A DNA stretch of 64,000 bases from assembly GCF_006345805.1 (NCBI RefSeq), contig NC_043001.1, forward strand, positions 30,504,001 through 30,568,000. Reading direction: 5' to 3'. This stretch comes from Octopus sinensis (taxonomy: Eukaryota). The notes under the pieces are model-generated. The model searched no databases, was not told the origin of the DNA, and worked only from the letters and a program-made list of their open reading frames with translations. The position numbers and the translations under genes were made by a program. This document shows positions 50,621 through 62,850 of this stretch, one piece after another. The number at the start of each line of letters is the position of its first letter. The stretch's first letter is position 1.

Positions 50621-51244
50621 CTAGCTTAAGGTGACCCGCTCTATGCTCGGGTGGGGGTGTGGTTGTTACTGTCTGTTGTTTCCTTTCTGTTTCTTATCGC
50701 CACATTCTCCCTCTTTGTTTCTCTATCCTTTCTCACTTTCCCACTCTCTTACTCTTCCTTTCTCTCGGACTCTCCCTCACTTTCTCTTACTCTTTATCTT
50801 TCTCTATTTATCTCTCTCCCATTTATAAAAAATTAGATATCCGCGTTTAAATTACAAATCCGCTTCCACATTGTATATATTTAATGTTACTTTTCATAAA
50901 AAAAGCCCTTATTTATTTTTTGGGCACTGTCATGCCTTTGGTTGTCAGAAGTGAAAGTAGTCAACTTCGTATATTTCCATCAGGTTTATACCTTCATTAA
51001 TTTACGCCGTTTATTTACGTACCACCACGCTGTTAGGTTTATAAAACAATTGAAGTTCAGTTTAAAGTTTATAAATAAATACATTTCATTCCATGTTCTG
51101 TTTATAAATAAATATATTCTTGCATTATTCATTATTGTTTTTATGTGTGTATAAGTAGTTATATGCTTATATTATCCATTATAGTAATATTTTTCTGTTG
51201 AAATACGCTTTAAGGCGGTCAATAGTTTAATTAAAGATGTGTCT

Positions 51245-51284
<40 letters not shown>

Positions 51285-51640
51285 GTGTATACATATATAT
51301 ATATACATGTGTATATATACATGTGTATACATATATATATACACATGTGTATACATTACACATGAAATGTATTTATTTATAAACTTTAAACTGAACTTCA
51401 ATTGTTTTATAAACCTAACAGCGTGGTGGTACATAAATAAACGGCGTAAATTAACGAAGGTATAAACCTGACGGAAATACACGAAGTTGACTACTTTCAC
51501 TTCTGACAACCAAAGGCATGACAGTGCCATTTTTTGAAATCCAATGTGCATTTTTCACGGTTTTTTCTTCTTACTTTCCCCAAACCTTTTCCACGTGTAG
51601 TTTCTATTTTCTTTTTTAAACATATTTCTATTATATATAC
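50621..51640 (-). mobile_element. Non-autonomous Helitron hosting a MITE
   Basis: 3' hairpin acccgagcatagagcgggt plus CTAG|T at 50621. tatatataatag-type 5' end near 51640. Confidence 0.65.
50923..51528. mobile_element. 606-bp MITE with ~170-bp TIRs and 8-bp TSD (Merlin- or Mutator-like)
   Basis: attttttg|GGCACTGTCATGCC ... GGCATGACAGTGCC|attttttg, near-identical long arms. Confidence 0.85.
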
Positions 51641-51776
51641 ATGTACACACACACACACACATATATATATGTATATATATATATAAAGGGAAAGTTTATG
51701 AAAATAAACAAAAGACGAAGGCAGGTGGAGAATAAGCAAACAAATGTATTAGTATAGCGCTCAGGAATAGAAAAAG

Positions 51777-51814
51777 TCTTTTACGTTTCGAGCCTACACT
51801 CTTCGACAGAAAGA
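51777..51814 (-). ncRNA. Minimal type I hammerhead-like motif with variant core
   Basis: tcttt-CTGTCGA-A-GAG tgtagg CTC-GAAAC GT A-aaaga. Stems I and II pair, stem III is the ACGT palindrome, but A6 is U. Embedded in a ~130-bp repeat between (TA)n tracts. Confidence 0.55.
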
Positions 51815-51819
51815 TACAC

Positions 51820-51858
<39 letters not shown>

Positions 51859-52231
51859 GCTTCTTTCAGTTTCCATCTACCAAATCCACTCATAAGGCTT
51901 TGGTCTGTTCGAGGCTATAGTAGAAGACACTTGCCCAAGGTGCCACGCAGTGGGACTGAACCTGGAAGCATGTGGTTGGGAAGCAAGCTACTTACCACAC
52001 AGCCACTCCTGCCAATAATAATAATAATAATAATAATAACAACAACAACAATACTAACAACAATAATAATGATAATAATAATAATAACAACTAATAATAA
52101 TAACAATAATAATGATGATGATAATAATAATAATAATAACAACAACAACAATAACTAATAATAATAATAATAATAACAATAATAACAACAACAACAATAA
52201 TAATAACAGCTAATAATAATAATAATAATAA

Positions 52232-53522
52232 TTCCACATCCTAAACACAGCCTCGATCACTGATTCCCAACACGGCTTCGTGCCGAAGAGATCATGCTTG
52301 ACCAACTTACTAGTAATGGAAGAATTGGTGACGCGCATCCTCGATGATAGTGATGCTGTTGACATCGTTTTATTGGACTTTGCCAAAGCTTTTGACTCGG
52401 TAAACCACCGCCTACTACTTGTCAAGCTTCAAGCATATAGTTTCCATCCGGATATTGTACGATGGGTTGGTGCCTTCCTCTCAGATCGCTCCTTCCAAGT
52501 TCAAGTTAATGGTTCGCGGTCCGACGTCTCCAGTGCGAGCAGTGGCGTGCCTCAAGGTTCAGTGCTTGGGCCCTTGTTGTTCTTAGTCTTCATAAATGAC
52601 TTGCCCGACGACCTCACGCAACACACCCTTCTATTTGCCGACGATATCAAACTGGTCACTCCTCGTGGTAGTATAGAGGATCTTCGTCGATGCCTCCACC
52701 AAATTTGGAAGTGGTCTAACGATTGGGACCTGTGTCTGAACGTGTCAAAGTGCTGTCATCTGCCAGTCGGCTCTACTCCTGCAACTCAACTTGATTTCGA
52801 GCCGGGTCGTCTGCTGCTGGAGAGGACCGATCAGGTAAAGGACCTGGGTATCTTGGTGGATTCCTCCTTTTCGCCTTCGGCCCAGTGCGTCCATGCTGCC
52901 AACAAAGCGCGCGGAATTCTGTTTTTGATTCGACGGTCATTCGGAATGCTCACAGCAGCCATATTCCTGCCACTCTATGTCACGCTGGTGAGACCCATAT
53001 TGGAGTATGGGATTCAAGCCGCTTCTCCTTATCTCCTCAAAGACATACAGCACCTCGAAAGAGTCCAGAGGCTGGCTACCCGCATGGTTCATGGTCTCAA
53101 AAATTTGTCCTACGAAGAAAGGCTGAGGACGCTCGACCTTTATTCTCTTGAAAAACGCCGCCTCCGTGGTGATCTCATTCTCGCCCACAACATCATAAGC
53201 GGGAAGTGTAACCTCTCGAAAGAGCTGTTCTTCACTCCTGCTCTGGAGCGTCGGCTGCGGGGTCATTCCGAAAAGCTCTACCTGCGACGATTTCATCTCA
53301 ATCGAAGGAGAGGAGCTTTCTCCGTCCGGGTTGCGGATCCGTGGAACAAGCTGCCAGACGAGATGGTGAAGATGCCGACGACTGCTTTGTTCAAAGCCTC
53401 CCTGGACCTCAAGTGGCCTGAACTCTTTACATGAACACCACCCTGTACTTAACTCCATGTCCCCCTACATGGCCTTGCTATTTGCTTTTGAGCCAAATTA
53501 ACTAACTAACTAACTAACTAAC

Positions 53523-53523
<1 letters not shown>
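52232..53523 (+). mobile_element. Young 5'-truncated CR1 LINE with uninterrupted RT ORF (52280-53434) and (AACT)n tail
   Basis: QHGFVPKRSCLTNLL, LDFAKAFDSV, GVPQGSVLGPLLFL, FADD, RPILEY and WNKLP motifs. Inserted in an (AAT/AAC)n tract (52015-52231, 53524-53690). Confidence 0.95.
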
Positions 53524-53564
<41 letters not shown>

Positions 53565-54289
53565 CAATAATAATAATAACAATATTAACTAATAATAATA
53601 ATAATAACAACAACAACAACAATAATAATAATAATAATAATAATAACTACTACTGCTACTACTACTACTAATAATAATAATAATAGTAAATATGATGGAT
53701 GCCTCATTCTCTTCATTATTCTCACTTTTCTTCTCTTACTCCTCTTACTCTTCATGATAATGATGACACTGGCGAGAAGGAGGAGGAGGAGGAATGGGGC
53801 GATGGTATGGCGGTGGTGGTGGTGATAATGATGACAATGGCAACAACAATTATGGCTGGTGTTGATAAGTCAGCGTGCTTAGCTTACCACTGCACTGTTG
53901 AGAAATAATCTATTTAGTACATTTTTACTTGATGATATTCCTTTTCAGTTTATCGCATTAAGTGGACCCATTATGCCAAGATATTATTTCTTGTTTGAGT
54001 ATGTTACAAAAAAGAGTTGGCTTTTGAACTATGTTCAGGTCTTATCAAGAACCTTAACAACCTGACAAAGCAACACATGCCACTTGTCTTCTATCATAAT
54101 TCTATCTACATCCTTAATGCATTGTAGATGTATAAATCAACCCCCCCCACCACCACAGTACTCGACTAATCTTCCACTGAGATCAACAGTAACGTTGATC
54201 TATTATAACTTTATTCACATCTAGGATTCATTGTGTGTGTGTATAACTCTTTACTTTTTTACTTGTTTCAGTCATTTGACTGTGGCCAT

Positions 54290-54652
54290 GCTGTTGGATG
54301 GAACCTACACTCACCTCCTTATGAGAGCTCAAAATCTCTCGTGGAAGCGCCATCCAACCAAAATGCAAATATATGGGGAACTACCACTTGTGTCATCTCT
54401 TGTGAAAGGTAAGAGAGTCCAGTTTGCTGGACATTGTTGTAGAGCTGAAAAAGAGGTAATTTCTACTCTTCTCCTCTGGAAGCCATCTACTCGCAATACC
54501 AGAGGGCGCACACTCTCCTACCCTGATGTAATCTCCAGGGATACAGGCATCCAGCAACAGGACCTCCGTAATGCCATGATGGACCGTGAAGTCTGGCGTA
54601 GCATGGTAAATTCCATTGTCTCGACTACAGTCGAACAATGATGATGATGATT
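54290..54652 (+). mobile_element. RTE-type LINE 3' end with (TGA)n tail inserted in a family C SINE
   Basis: LDGTYT.LL...QN.SW..HPT...FAGHC.RA...LLW.P...DR..WR open to its stop at 54641. Confidence 0.85.
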
Positions 54653-55099
54653 AGTCGAGTAAATCGACCCCAGGACTTACTCTTTGTAAGCCTAGTACTT
54701 ATTCTATCCGTCTCTTTTGCCGAACCGCTAAGTTACGGGGGCGTAAACACACCAGCATCGGTTGTCAAGTGATATCGGGGGACAAACACGGACACACAAA
54801 CATATACACACATACATATATATATACATATATATGATGGGCTTCTTTCAGTTTCCGTCTACCAAATCCACTCACAAGGCTTTGGTTGGCCCGAGGCTAT
54901 AGCAGGAGACACTTGCCCAAGATTCCACGCAGTGGGACTGAACCCAGAACCATATGGTTTGTAAGCAAGCTACTTACCACACAGCCACACCTGTGCCTAT
55001 AAATATATATAAATAATATGGGTTGCTTGTTAACAATTTAACTACTTAAAGTGGTGGTGATGATGATGATGATGGTGATGGTGGTGGTGGTGGTGGTGG

Positions 55100-55133
<34 letters not shown>

Positions 55134-55694
55134 TGATGATGATGATGATGAGGAGGAGGAGGAGGAGGAGGAGATGGAGATGGAGATGGGGGAGGAGGAT
55201 ATTTACTGCAATTGAAATGAAAATGAGCACTGTATCCTTATTTTAAAATACTATTTTGAATTAGCAGAGAGAAAAAGACAAATTATTAACAATGTCTGTT
55301 AAATATTCTAGGATTTCACAATTTTGATATTCATTGACTGTGTATTGGATTCTCAGCACACTATCTTTTTGGCATGTGGATTATCTGCAGCAGTGGTTCA
55401 TGGTTTGATTATGACTGTTTCTTTGTTTCCTTATCAAGATTTCTAAAATTCTGAAGTACAGTATAGAATTTTTTGCCTTTGGATTTCTTTATTTCTCTTA
55501 TGAGATGTGATGCTTTTATTCATCATTATCATCATTTAGCATCCATATCCATGCCAGAGGCACATAAAAGCACCCATACCAGTGGCACATTAAAAACACC
55601 CATTACACTCTTGGAGTGGTTGGCATTAGGAAGGACATCCAGCCATAGAAACCGAGCCAAATGATGATGGTGAGGATGATGATAATGATGATGG

Positions 55695-55765
<71 letters not shown>

Positions 55766-56584
55766 CTATGCTGGTAAGAGTCGAACAGTTTGACAGGATC
55801 CTATAGGTTAGAGGACTGTGCCAAGCCCCAGTGTCTGTTAGCATTGTGTCTATGACTGGATGCCATTCCTAGCACCAACCATTTTACAGAGTGCACTGGG
55901 AGTTTTTTTTCATATTCCCAGCACTAATGAGGTTGTGAAGTAGCTTGCAAAACCAGACTCCTTCATTGAGGTAAGGTGTAGTATTGAAGAAGGTGGCTTA
56001 TGCCAGTTGTTGAAAGGCAGAGTATGATAGAATGTATTTATTCGGTGAAATAAGTAAAATCCAATTGCAAAGAAACACTTCTTTTAAAAACGAGAAATTC
56101 ATTATTGTACTTTAGCGATACTTGCCTAGCATAACTTAAATATATAAATCCTCAGACATAAAAAGTTGTGAAAAGACAGTATCAAAGAGGGTCATCATCA
56201 TCATCATCGTTTAACGTCCACTTTCCATGCTGGCATGGGTTGGACGGTTTGACTGAGGACTGGTGAGCCAGAGGCTGCACCAGGCTCAATCTGGTCTGAC
56301 AAAGTTTCTACAGCTGGATGCCCTTCCTAATGCCAACCACTTCGAGAGTGTAGTGGATGCTTTTTACATGCCACTGGCACAGGGGCCAGTCAGGCAGTTC
56401 TGGCAACGACCACGTATGTATCAAAAGTAAAGTATAATTGATTTTTTTTAACATAACTAAGTATAATGAATTATCTTTGTAAGAGAATTAACCTAGATAA
56501 GATTAGCTTTACTTTGTGCCAGGAAGTGATATTATTAATACCCTCTTTCAAGTGAGACAATTACAAGAGAAGTATTTAACTTGG

Positions 56585-58060
56585 AGTAAGCCATCATAGC
56601 TAGCATTTGACAACCTGGAGAAGGCTTTTGATAGGACGGTTGCTAAAGAAATTAGGACTTCATGAATGACTTGTCAGAGCAATGCAAACTATGTGCTGAG
56701 TTGTAGTAGTAAGGTGAGAATTATCAATGAATGTGTACAGTGACAACTTTAACATGCAAATGTGTGTGTGTGTGTGTGTGTGTGGCATGCTGGGAGGAAT
56801 GGGGATTTCACAGGGTTCAGTCTTCAGTTCTCTTATGTTTAATAGAGTTCTCTTGGCTGTGAATGAGGAATTTAAGAGTAGCTGTCCATGGGAACTCCTG
56901 TATATTGATGGCCTACTTCTTATAGTGGAATCCATTGTACATTTAGAGAAAAAATTCCTGATATAGAAGAAAAACCTAGAACAGAGATGTCTCAAAGTAA
57001 ACTTAACAAAAATTGAAGTTTTAGTAAGAAGAGGATAGGATTAGGATCCTACCATCTTTAGGTAAATGTTCAGGTAAGATATGTAGAAAGAAATTGTTAG
57101 AAATTCTATACTGTGTAATCAGTGTACACTATGAACAGGTGTAGTTGGATCATGGACAGACTAACAGAGAAGGCAGACTTCATATGCAGCACATGCACAG
57201 GAGCTGCAAACAGTGAGAGCACACTGAAAACAGATTCTCTCAAATGCCATTAGAAGTAGTTTATAGCCTTTGTTATTTACATGACTTTAATAGCAAGTGG
57301 AGGTGGGTGCTCTGAAAGCACAGCAGCTGGAATAGGAACAGAGTAGAAAAAGTTCAAAGAAATACTATCTCTGTTAATGGCAAAGATTTCTCTTTCAGAA
57401 TGAAGAGCAGATTACATGATGCTCGTGCACAAAGTGTGATGTTGTATGGTAGCAAGATATGGGGTTTGAATAAAGAGGATTTGGAAAAACTAGATAGAAA
57501 TGAAGCAAGTATGCTCTACTGGTTGTCTAATGTTAGCATGCATGAACAACAGAGTACAAATAAGCTGAGCGGAAAGATGGATATAAGATAAATCAGATGT
57601 AGTATACAGGAAAGATGACTGCACTGGTGTGGTCCGGCATGTAATTTATGTAGAGAATATTAGTTGTATTGTAGCGTGGGTGATATCCTCACTGTTTGAG
57701 AGATATATTAGAAATGATCTTGTGTTAGATAGCAACCATCTTCGACTATTTTGACCCTGTTGTGTCCACTGTTCTGATTGGTTGGCTTACACACTGGCGC
57801 GAAATAAGTCAAGAGACAAACTGCGCCAATGCCAACCAATCAGAGCAATGGACACAACAGGATCAAAATAGCCAAAGATGGTTGCTATCTAACACAAGAT
57901 CATTTCTAATATATCTCTCAAATAGTGAGGATGTGCTGAGTACACAAAGTCAATATAACCTGTGGAAGAAGACTTAAGAAAACATGGAAAGAAAAGTGAT
58001 GAAGATTATTTCTGGATACTGAACTTCAGAAAGAAAAGATACAAAGATACATCAAGTACA
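56585..58060 (+). mobile_element. Degenerate RTE LINE (RT to C-terminus), split by a MITE
   Basis: LEKAFDR, QGSV.S.L.F, CPWELLY.D and SVMLYGS..W motifs. Confidence 0.75.
57685..57932. mobile_element. MITE with ~105-bp inverted arms
   Basis: atcctcactgtttgagagatatattagaaatgatc...gattggttggc is mirrored by gccaaccaatc...ctctcaaatagtgaggat. No clear TSD. Confidence 0.8.
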
Positions 58061-58596
58061 CTGTAAAGTGGTCTGTGTTAAGAAGGCATCATGCCAAAAG
58101 CTAAACATACAAGTGATATGTAGACTTTGAGCTATTTTAGGAAGTAATAACTTCAAATAACCTGTCCAGCTCATAACAGCATGAAAACTTGAATAAAAGG
58201 ATGAGAAGATGGGAAGGAGAAATGGTATGTTGTGACACTGAAGCAGTTTCCCAAGAGAATTAGTGACAAAAATAAAATGAAAGTACTTAAAGCAGAAAGT
58301 CTAAATAGATTATTTTTTAATCTTTTATTTTTTACTTATTTCAGTCATTTTACTGTGGCCATGCTGGGGCACTACCTTGAAGGATCTTTAGTCAAATGAA
58401 TCAATCCAAGTACTTACTTTTTTTTAAAGTCTGGTACTTATTCTATCGATCTCTTTTGTTGAACTGCTCAGCTATGGGAATGAAAACACATCAGTACTGG
58501 TTGTCAAGTGGTGATGGGGTGACAATCATAGACACAATGACACACACGCACACACACACACGTACGCACACATGCACACACACACACACACGCACG

Positions 58597-58631
<35 letters not shown>

Positions 58632-60393
58632 ACACGCACACACAAACACACACACACACACAATGGGTTTCTTTCAGTTTTGGTCTACCAAGTTCACTCG
58701 TAAGGCTTTTGTGAGCCTGAGGTTATAGTAGAAGACACCATGTGGTTGGGAGACAAGCTTCTTACCACATAGCCACACCTGCACATAGATTGCAAACTTA
58801 ATTTGCAGTGTATGAACTACTGTATTTGATGGCATACAAAATGCACAGGATTTCTACAAAAATGTCTCAAAAAATCACCCAGGTCCTATATGCAAAGATG
58901 GGCCTTCTATAAACTTTAACACTTTTGTTACCATATTTCTATTGAGATACTCTGTGTTTCTTTCAATTAATCTTAAATATAGTAAAGAATTAGTAAGATA
59001 ATTTAGTTTATCATTAAGCTAGTGTTAGGAACATAAATTGTGACTAAGGTTTGGTGGAAGATTTTAATTCAGAACTTTTGGAAACAAGATATTTATTTGT
59101 ACTACAGAGCCAGAGGTGGTTTCAAGCGGGTTGTTATCAAAAGGGTTAATGCATTAAGCACCTTTTCCCCTTGATATGCACTGTTGAAACTGGGTGTGTC
59201 TAATATGCTTTTGCATCTTTTATACCATCAAATACAGGATATTTTTTACTATGCTTGGTGCAACTATCAGTATACAATATTGTTGATAGCAAAGGTTTAC
59301 CAATATCGTTATGGATAACACAAACAATAATTACAGATTAGTGAAATTAATAAGTCTTGCTGTTTACACAATATTATCAGGCACTGCTAATAATAACAAT
59401 AATAGAGAGATTAGACTGCCTAGCAGCTGGAAGACCTGCAGTGAACATGTCACTTTATTAAAGGTTTCTATTTATAAATACTTGTGTGAATTTTGTCTCT
59501 ATTTGACATTGACATTGGATTTTGTATATGGTGATTAATTAGTGCATGTTATTGCACACACACACAGATTTAAAAAGATGGCTGGTAGGTATTTGTTAAA
59601 AAAATTCCTCAGGCGCAGGAGTGGCTGTGTGGTAAGTAGCTTGTTTACCAGCCACATGGTTCTGGGTTCAGTCCCACTGTGTGGCATCTTGGGCAAGTGT
59701 CTTCTGCTATAGCCCCGGGCTGACCAATGCCTTGTGAGTGGATTTGGTAGACGGAAACTGAAAGAAGCCTGTCGTATATATGTGTGTGTGTGTTTGTGTG
59801 TTTGTGTTTGTCCCCCTAGCATTGCTTGACAACCGATGCTGGTATGTTTACGTCTCTGTCACTTAGCGGTTCGGCAAAAGAGACCGATAGAATTAGTACT
59901 GGGCTTACAAAGAATAAGTCCCGGGGTTGATTTGCTCGACTAAAGGCGGTGCTCCAGCATGGCCGTAGTCAAATGACTAAAACAAGTTAAAGAGAGAAAG
60001 AGAGTATCACACATCCTACGTTGTTAAAAAAAAAGAGATATTAGAGCATGTACACTCAGATATACACAATGATAGATAAAAGGCTTTACACAACAAATCC
60101 TACTGACTTTCAGATAGAAGGTCATCATATATACACAAAGAAAAAAACTCAGCCAGTCTCTCTTGGATCATGCAAACTACAGTTTTATAAAAGGACTATA
60201 TTGAACAATGCAGTTTCTAATGTTCACAAAGATAGATGGTCAGTAAAATGCCAGTAAATGGAAAGGGGAGGCAGGAAATGCAAAGTGTAACTGAATTTAG
60301 TCGTTGGAGGAATATAGTCATTAAGGAAAATGTATTATAGTGAAGAGTAGAGTGGAAAGGAAGGTGTAATTAGATCAGTGAGAGCATAAAGAT

Positions 60394-60918
60394 TTATGGT
60401 GTTGAGAGAAAAGTTTTGCAATGTCTGTGGCAACAAGTTATTACGTCAGAGAAGCAGTTGAGGAGACAGATCTCATTATCACATAATATACTGAGGGAAT
60501 CATGACAGCATAAGTTACATGGTTGTTGGCTTTCCGTGTATAGAATTCCATTATTAATTGCAGACCTGAAAGTGTCATAGGGAATGCTGTTGGCTTTGAG
60601 GTGGTAAATGTGGGTGGTCAGGGAGCTAGATAATTTTCTTGTAATATTTGAGAATGAGATTAGATGTGCAAGAAAATGGAGTTTAAAATTAACAGCTGCA
60701 CTAATGTAAATTTTAGTGAAATGGGTCCATGTGGTAGTAACAGTACATTTATAGATAACATTATGACATAAAAAATTGCCCTTCAAAGGGCAATTAATAG
60801 ACACTCTGAAATTACATGTCTTAACATGAGCTATGAGTGGTGCAGCATTAGCCGTATTAAGATCAATAGAGTTAGTACAATTGTAATTCCTATGATTAAT
60901 AATATGAGTGTTCATCAT
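60394..60918 (-). mobile_element. Penelope-like element C-terminal GIY-YIG endonuclease fragment (degenerate)
   Basis: CN.R...CPL.G..L...VIY...V...KIYI...FK..F..H..SF...HIY.LK...CNLC...LLN...C.H pattern of PLE endonucleases. Conserved residues are altered (YIS for YIG, no catalytic Arg). Confidence 0.8.
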
Positions 60919-61011
60919 TATTAGAATAGTGAGAATAATTTGTATTATAATTAATTACTCATACTGGTATCCTAATTATCATAGTTACATTAATGATACT
61001 CATGCCATGTG

Positions 61012-61711
61012 AAATTAGTTAGTTAGTTAGTTAATTTGGCTCAAAAGCAAATAGCAAGGCCATGTAGGGGGACATGGAGTTAAGTATAGGGTGGTGTTTA
61101 TGTAAAGAGTTCAGGCCACTTGAGGTCAAGGGAGGCTTTGAACAAAGCAGTCGTTGGCATCTTCACCATCTTGTCTGGCAGCTTGTTCCACGGATCCGCA
61201 ACCCGGATGGAGAAAGCTCCTCTCCTTCGATTGAGATGAAATCGTCGCAGGTAGAGCTTTTCGGAATGACCCCGCAGCCGACGCTCTGGAGCAGGAGAGA
61301 AGAACAGCTCTTTCGAGAGGTTACACTTTCCGCTTATGATGTTGTGGGCGAGAATGAGATCACCATGGCGGCGGCGTTTTTCTAGAGAATAAAGGTCGAG
61401 CGGCCTCAGCCTTTCTTCATAGGACAAATTTTTGAGACCATGAACCATGCGGGTAGCCAGCTTCTGGACTCTTTCGAGATGCTGTATGTCTTTGAGGAGA
61501 TAAGGAGAAGAGGCTTGAATCCCGTACTCCAATATGGGTCTCACCAGCGTGACATAGAGTGGCAGGAATATGGCTGCTGTGAGCATTCCGAATGACCGTC
61601 GAATCAAAAACAGAATTCCGCGCGCTTTGTTGGCAGCATGGACGCACTGGGCCGAAGGCGAAAAGGAGGAATCCACCAAGATACCCAGGTCCTTTACCTG
61701 ATCGATCCTCT
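61012..61711 (-). mobile_element. Second, shorter copy of the young CR1 family
   Basis: ORF 61098-61715 differs from 52280-53434 at only a few residues and has the same (AACT)n tail. Confidence 0.95.
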
Positions 61712-62032
61712 TCAAATTACATCAAAATTTCCAAAATTTGCTATGTATTTGTTCCAGAAAAGTTGTAGAAAAATGTTACTGATGTTTAAAGTTTAAGCAA
61801 TTTTACCTAATCAGAAAGCAACATTTGGAAGCTGGCATATTCTGCATGATAGCTGGCATTTTTTGCATGATAGCTGTCTATCACAAAATGAAAGGAAAAT
61901 CATTAGCAGGAGGAATTTTTATTAAACAAACGAAAAATGATTTTTATACAATTATTTTAGCATTTTCTACCTTGCCTTTTTTTCCATATATATCACCCCG
62001 TGTGTTCCTTTTCAACCTTCTACATACATACA

Positions 62033-62068
<36 letters not shown>

Positions 62069-62095
62069 TATGTATATATATATATAATATATATG

Positions 62096-62159
<64 letters not shown>

Positions 62160-62162
<3 letters not shown>

Positions 62163-62805
62163 ACAAATGGTAAAATTAATTAAGAAGTAATCAATAATTT
62201 CACCAAGTAGAATTCGGCATGAAAAAGGACCATTTCATGGTAAACTTAAGTAATACTTAATAATTAGAGTTCAGCAAAGATTTGCTTTACCACATACCGA
62301 AGTTTAGAAATAGCAGCCAAAAAAAGCCTTAGCTATTTCTTCTACTTTAAAAAGGGACTCCCACAAAAACCAAAATACTTGAAAACAATCCACACAGGCA
62401 GAGAGGAAAAGTAACAAAAATCAATCAATATCTGGTCACCCATGTACTTGTGTTTCGGAATTAGATCGGTATAAAGAATATAGAATTATACTTTACTGTT
62501 CCAGTACCTTCGAATTTAATATTTCAATATTTAATATTGTTGGAGTCCCATGCTGATGAAGAAAATGGTTAGTAAAGTATAATTCTATATTCTTTATACC
62601 GATCTAATTCCGAAACGCGCGTACATGGGTGACCAGATATTGATTGATTTTTGTTACTTTTCCTCTCTGCCTGAGTGGATTGTTTTCAAGTATTTTGGTT
62701 TTTCTGGGAGTCCCTTTTTAAAGTAGAAGAAATAGCTAAGGCTTTTTGGCAGCTATTTCTAAACTTCGGTATGTGGTAAAGCAAATCTTTGCTGAACGCT
62801 AATTA
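62160..62805. mobile_element. Hammerhead-bearing inverted-repeat insertion (Penelope pLTR type) between (TA)n tracts
   Basis: Arms 62261-62497 / 62571-62805 with a 73-bp spacer, flanked by (TA)n at ~62100-62158 and 62810-62845. Confidence 0.8.
62547..62629 (+). ncRNA. Type I hammerhead ribozyme with canonical core and long stem II
   Basis: cccatg-CTGATGA-(52-nt stem II region, agaa/ttcc base)-GAAAC gcgc GT A-catggg. Perfect 6-bp stem I, palindromic ACGCGCGT stem III, GUA triplet. Confidence 0.8.
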
Positions 62806-62806
62806 C

Positions 62807-62849
<43 letters not shown>

Positions 62850-62850
<1 letters not shown>

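Noticed and set aside
50923-51528. Initially read as a Penelope inverted pLTR with a degenerate hammerhead (ttaacga-aggtataaacct-gacggaaa)
   Set aside because: Symmetric terminal repeats with an exact 8-bp TSD indicate a DNA-transposon MITE, and the core match is poor.
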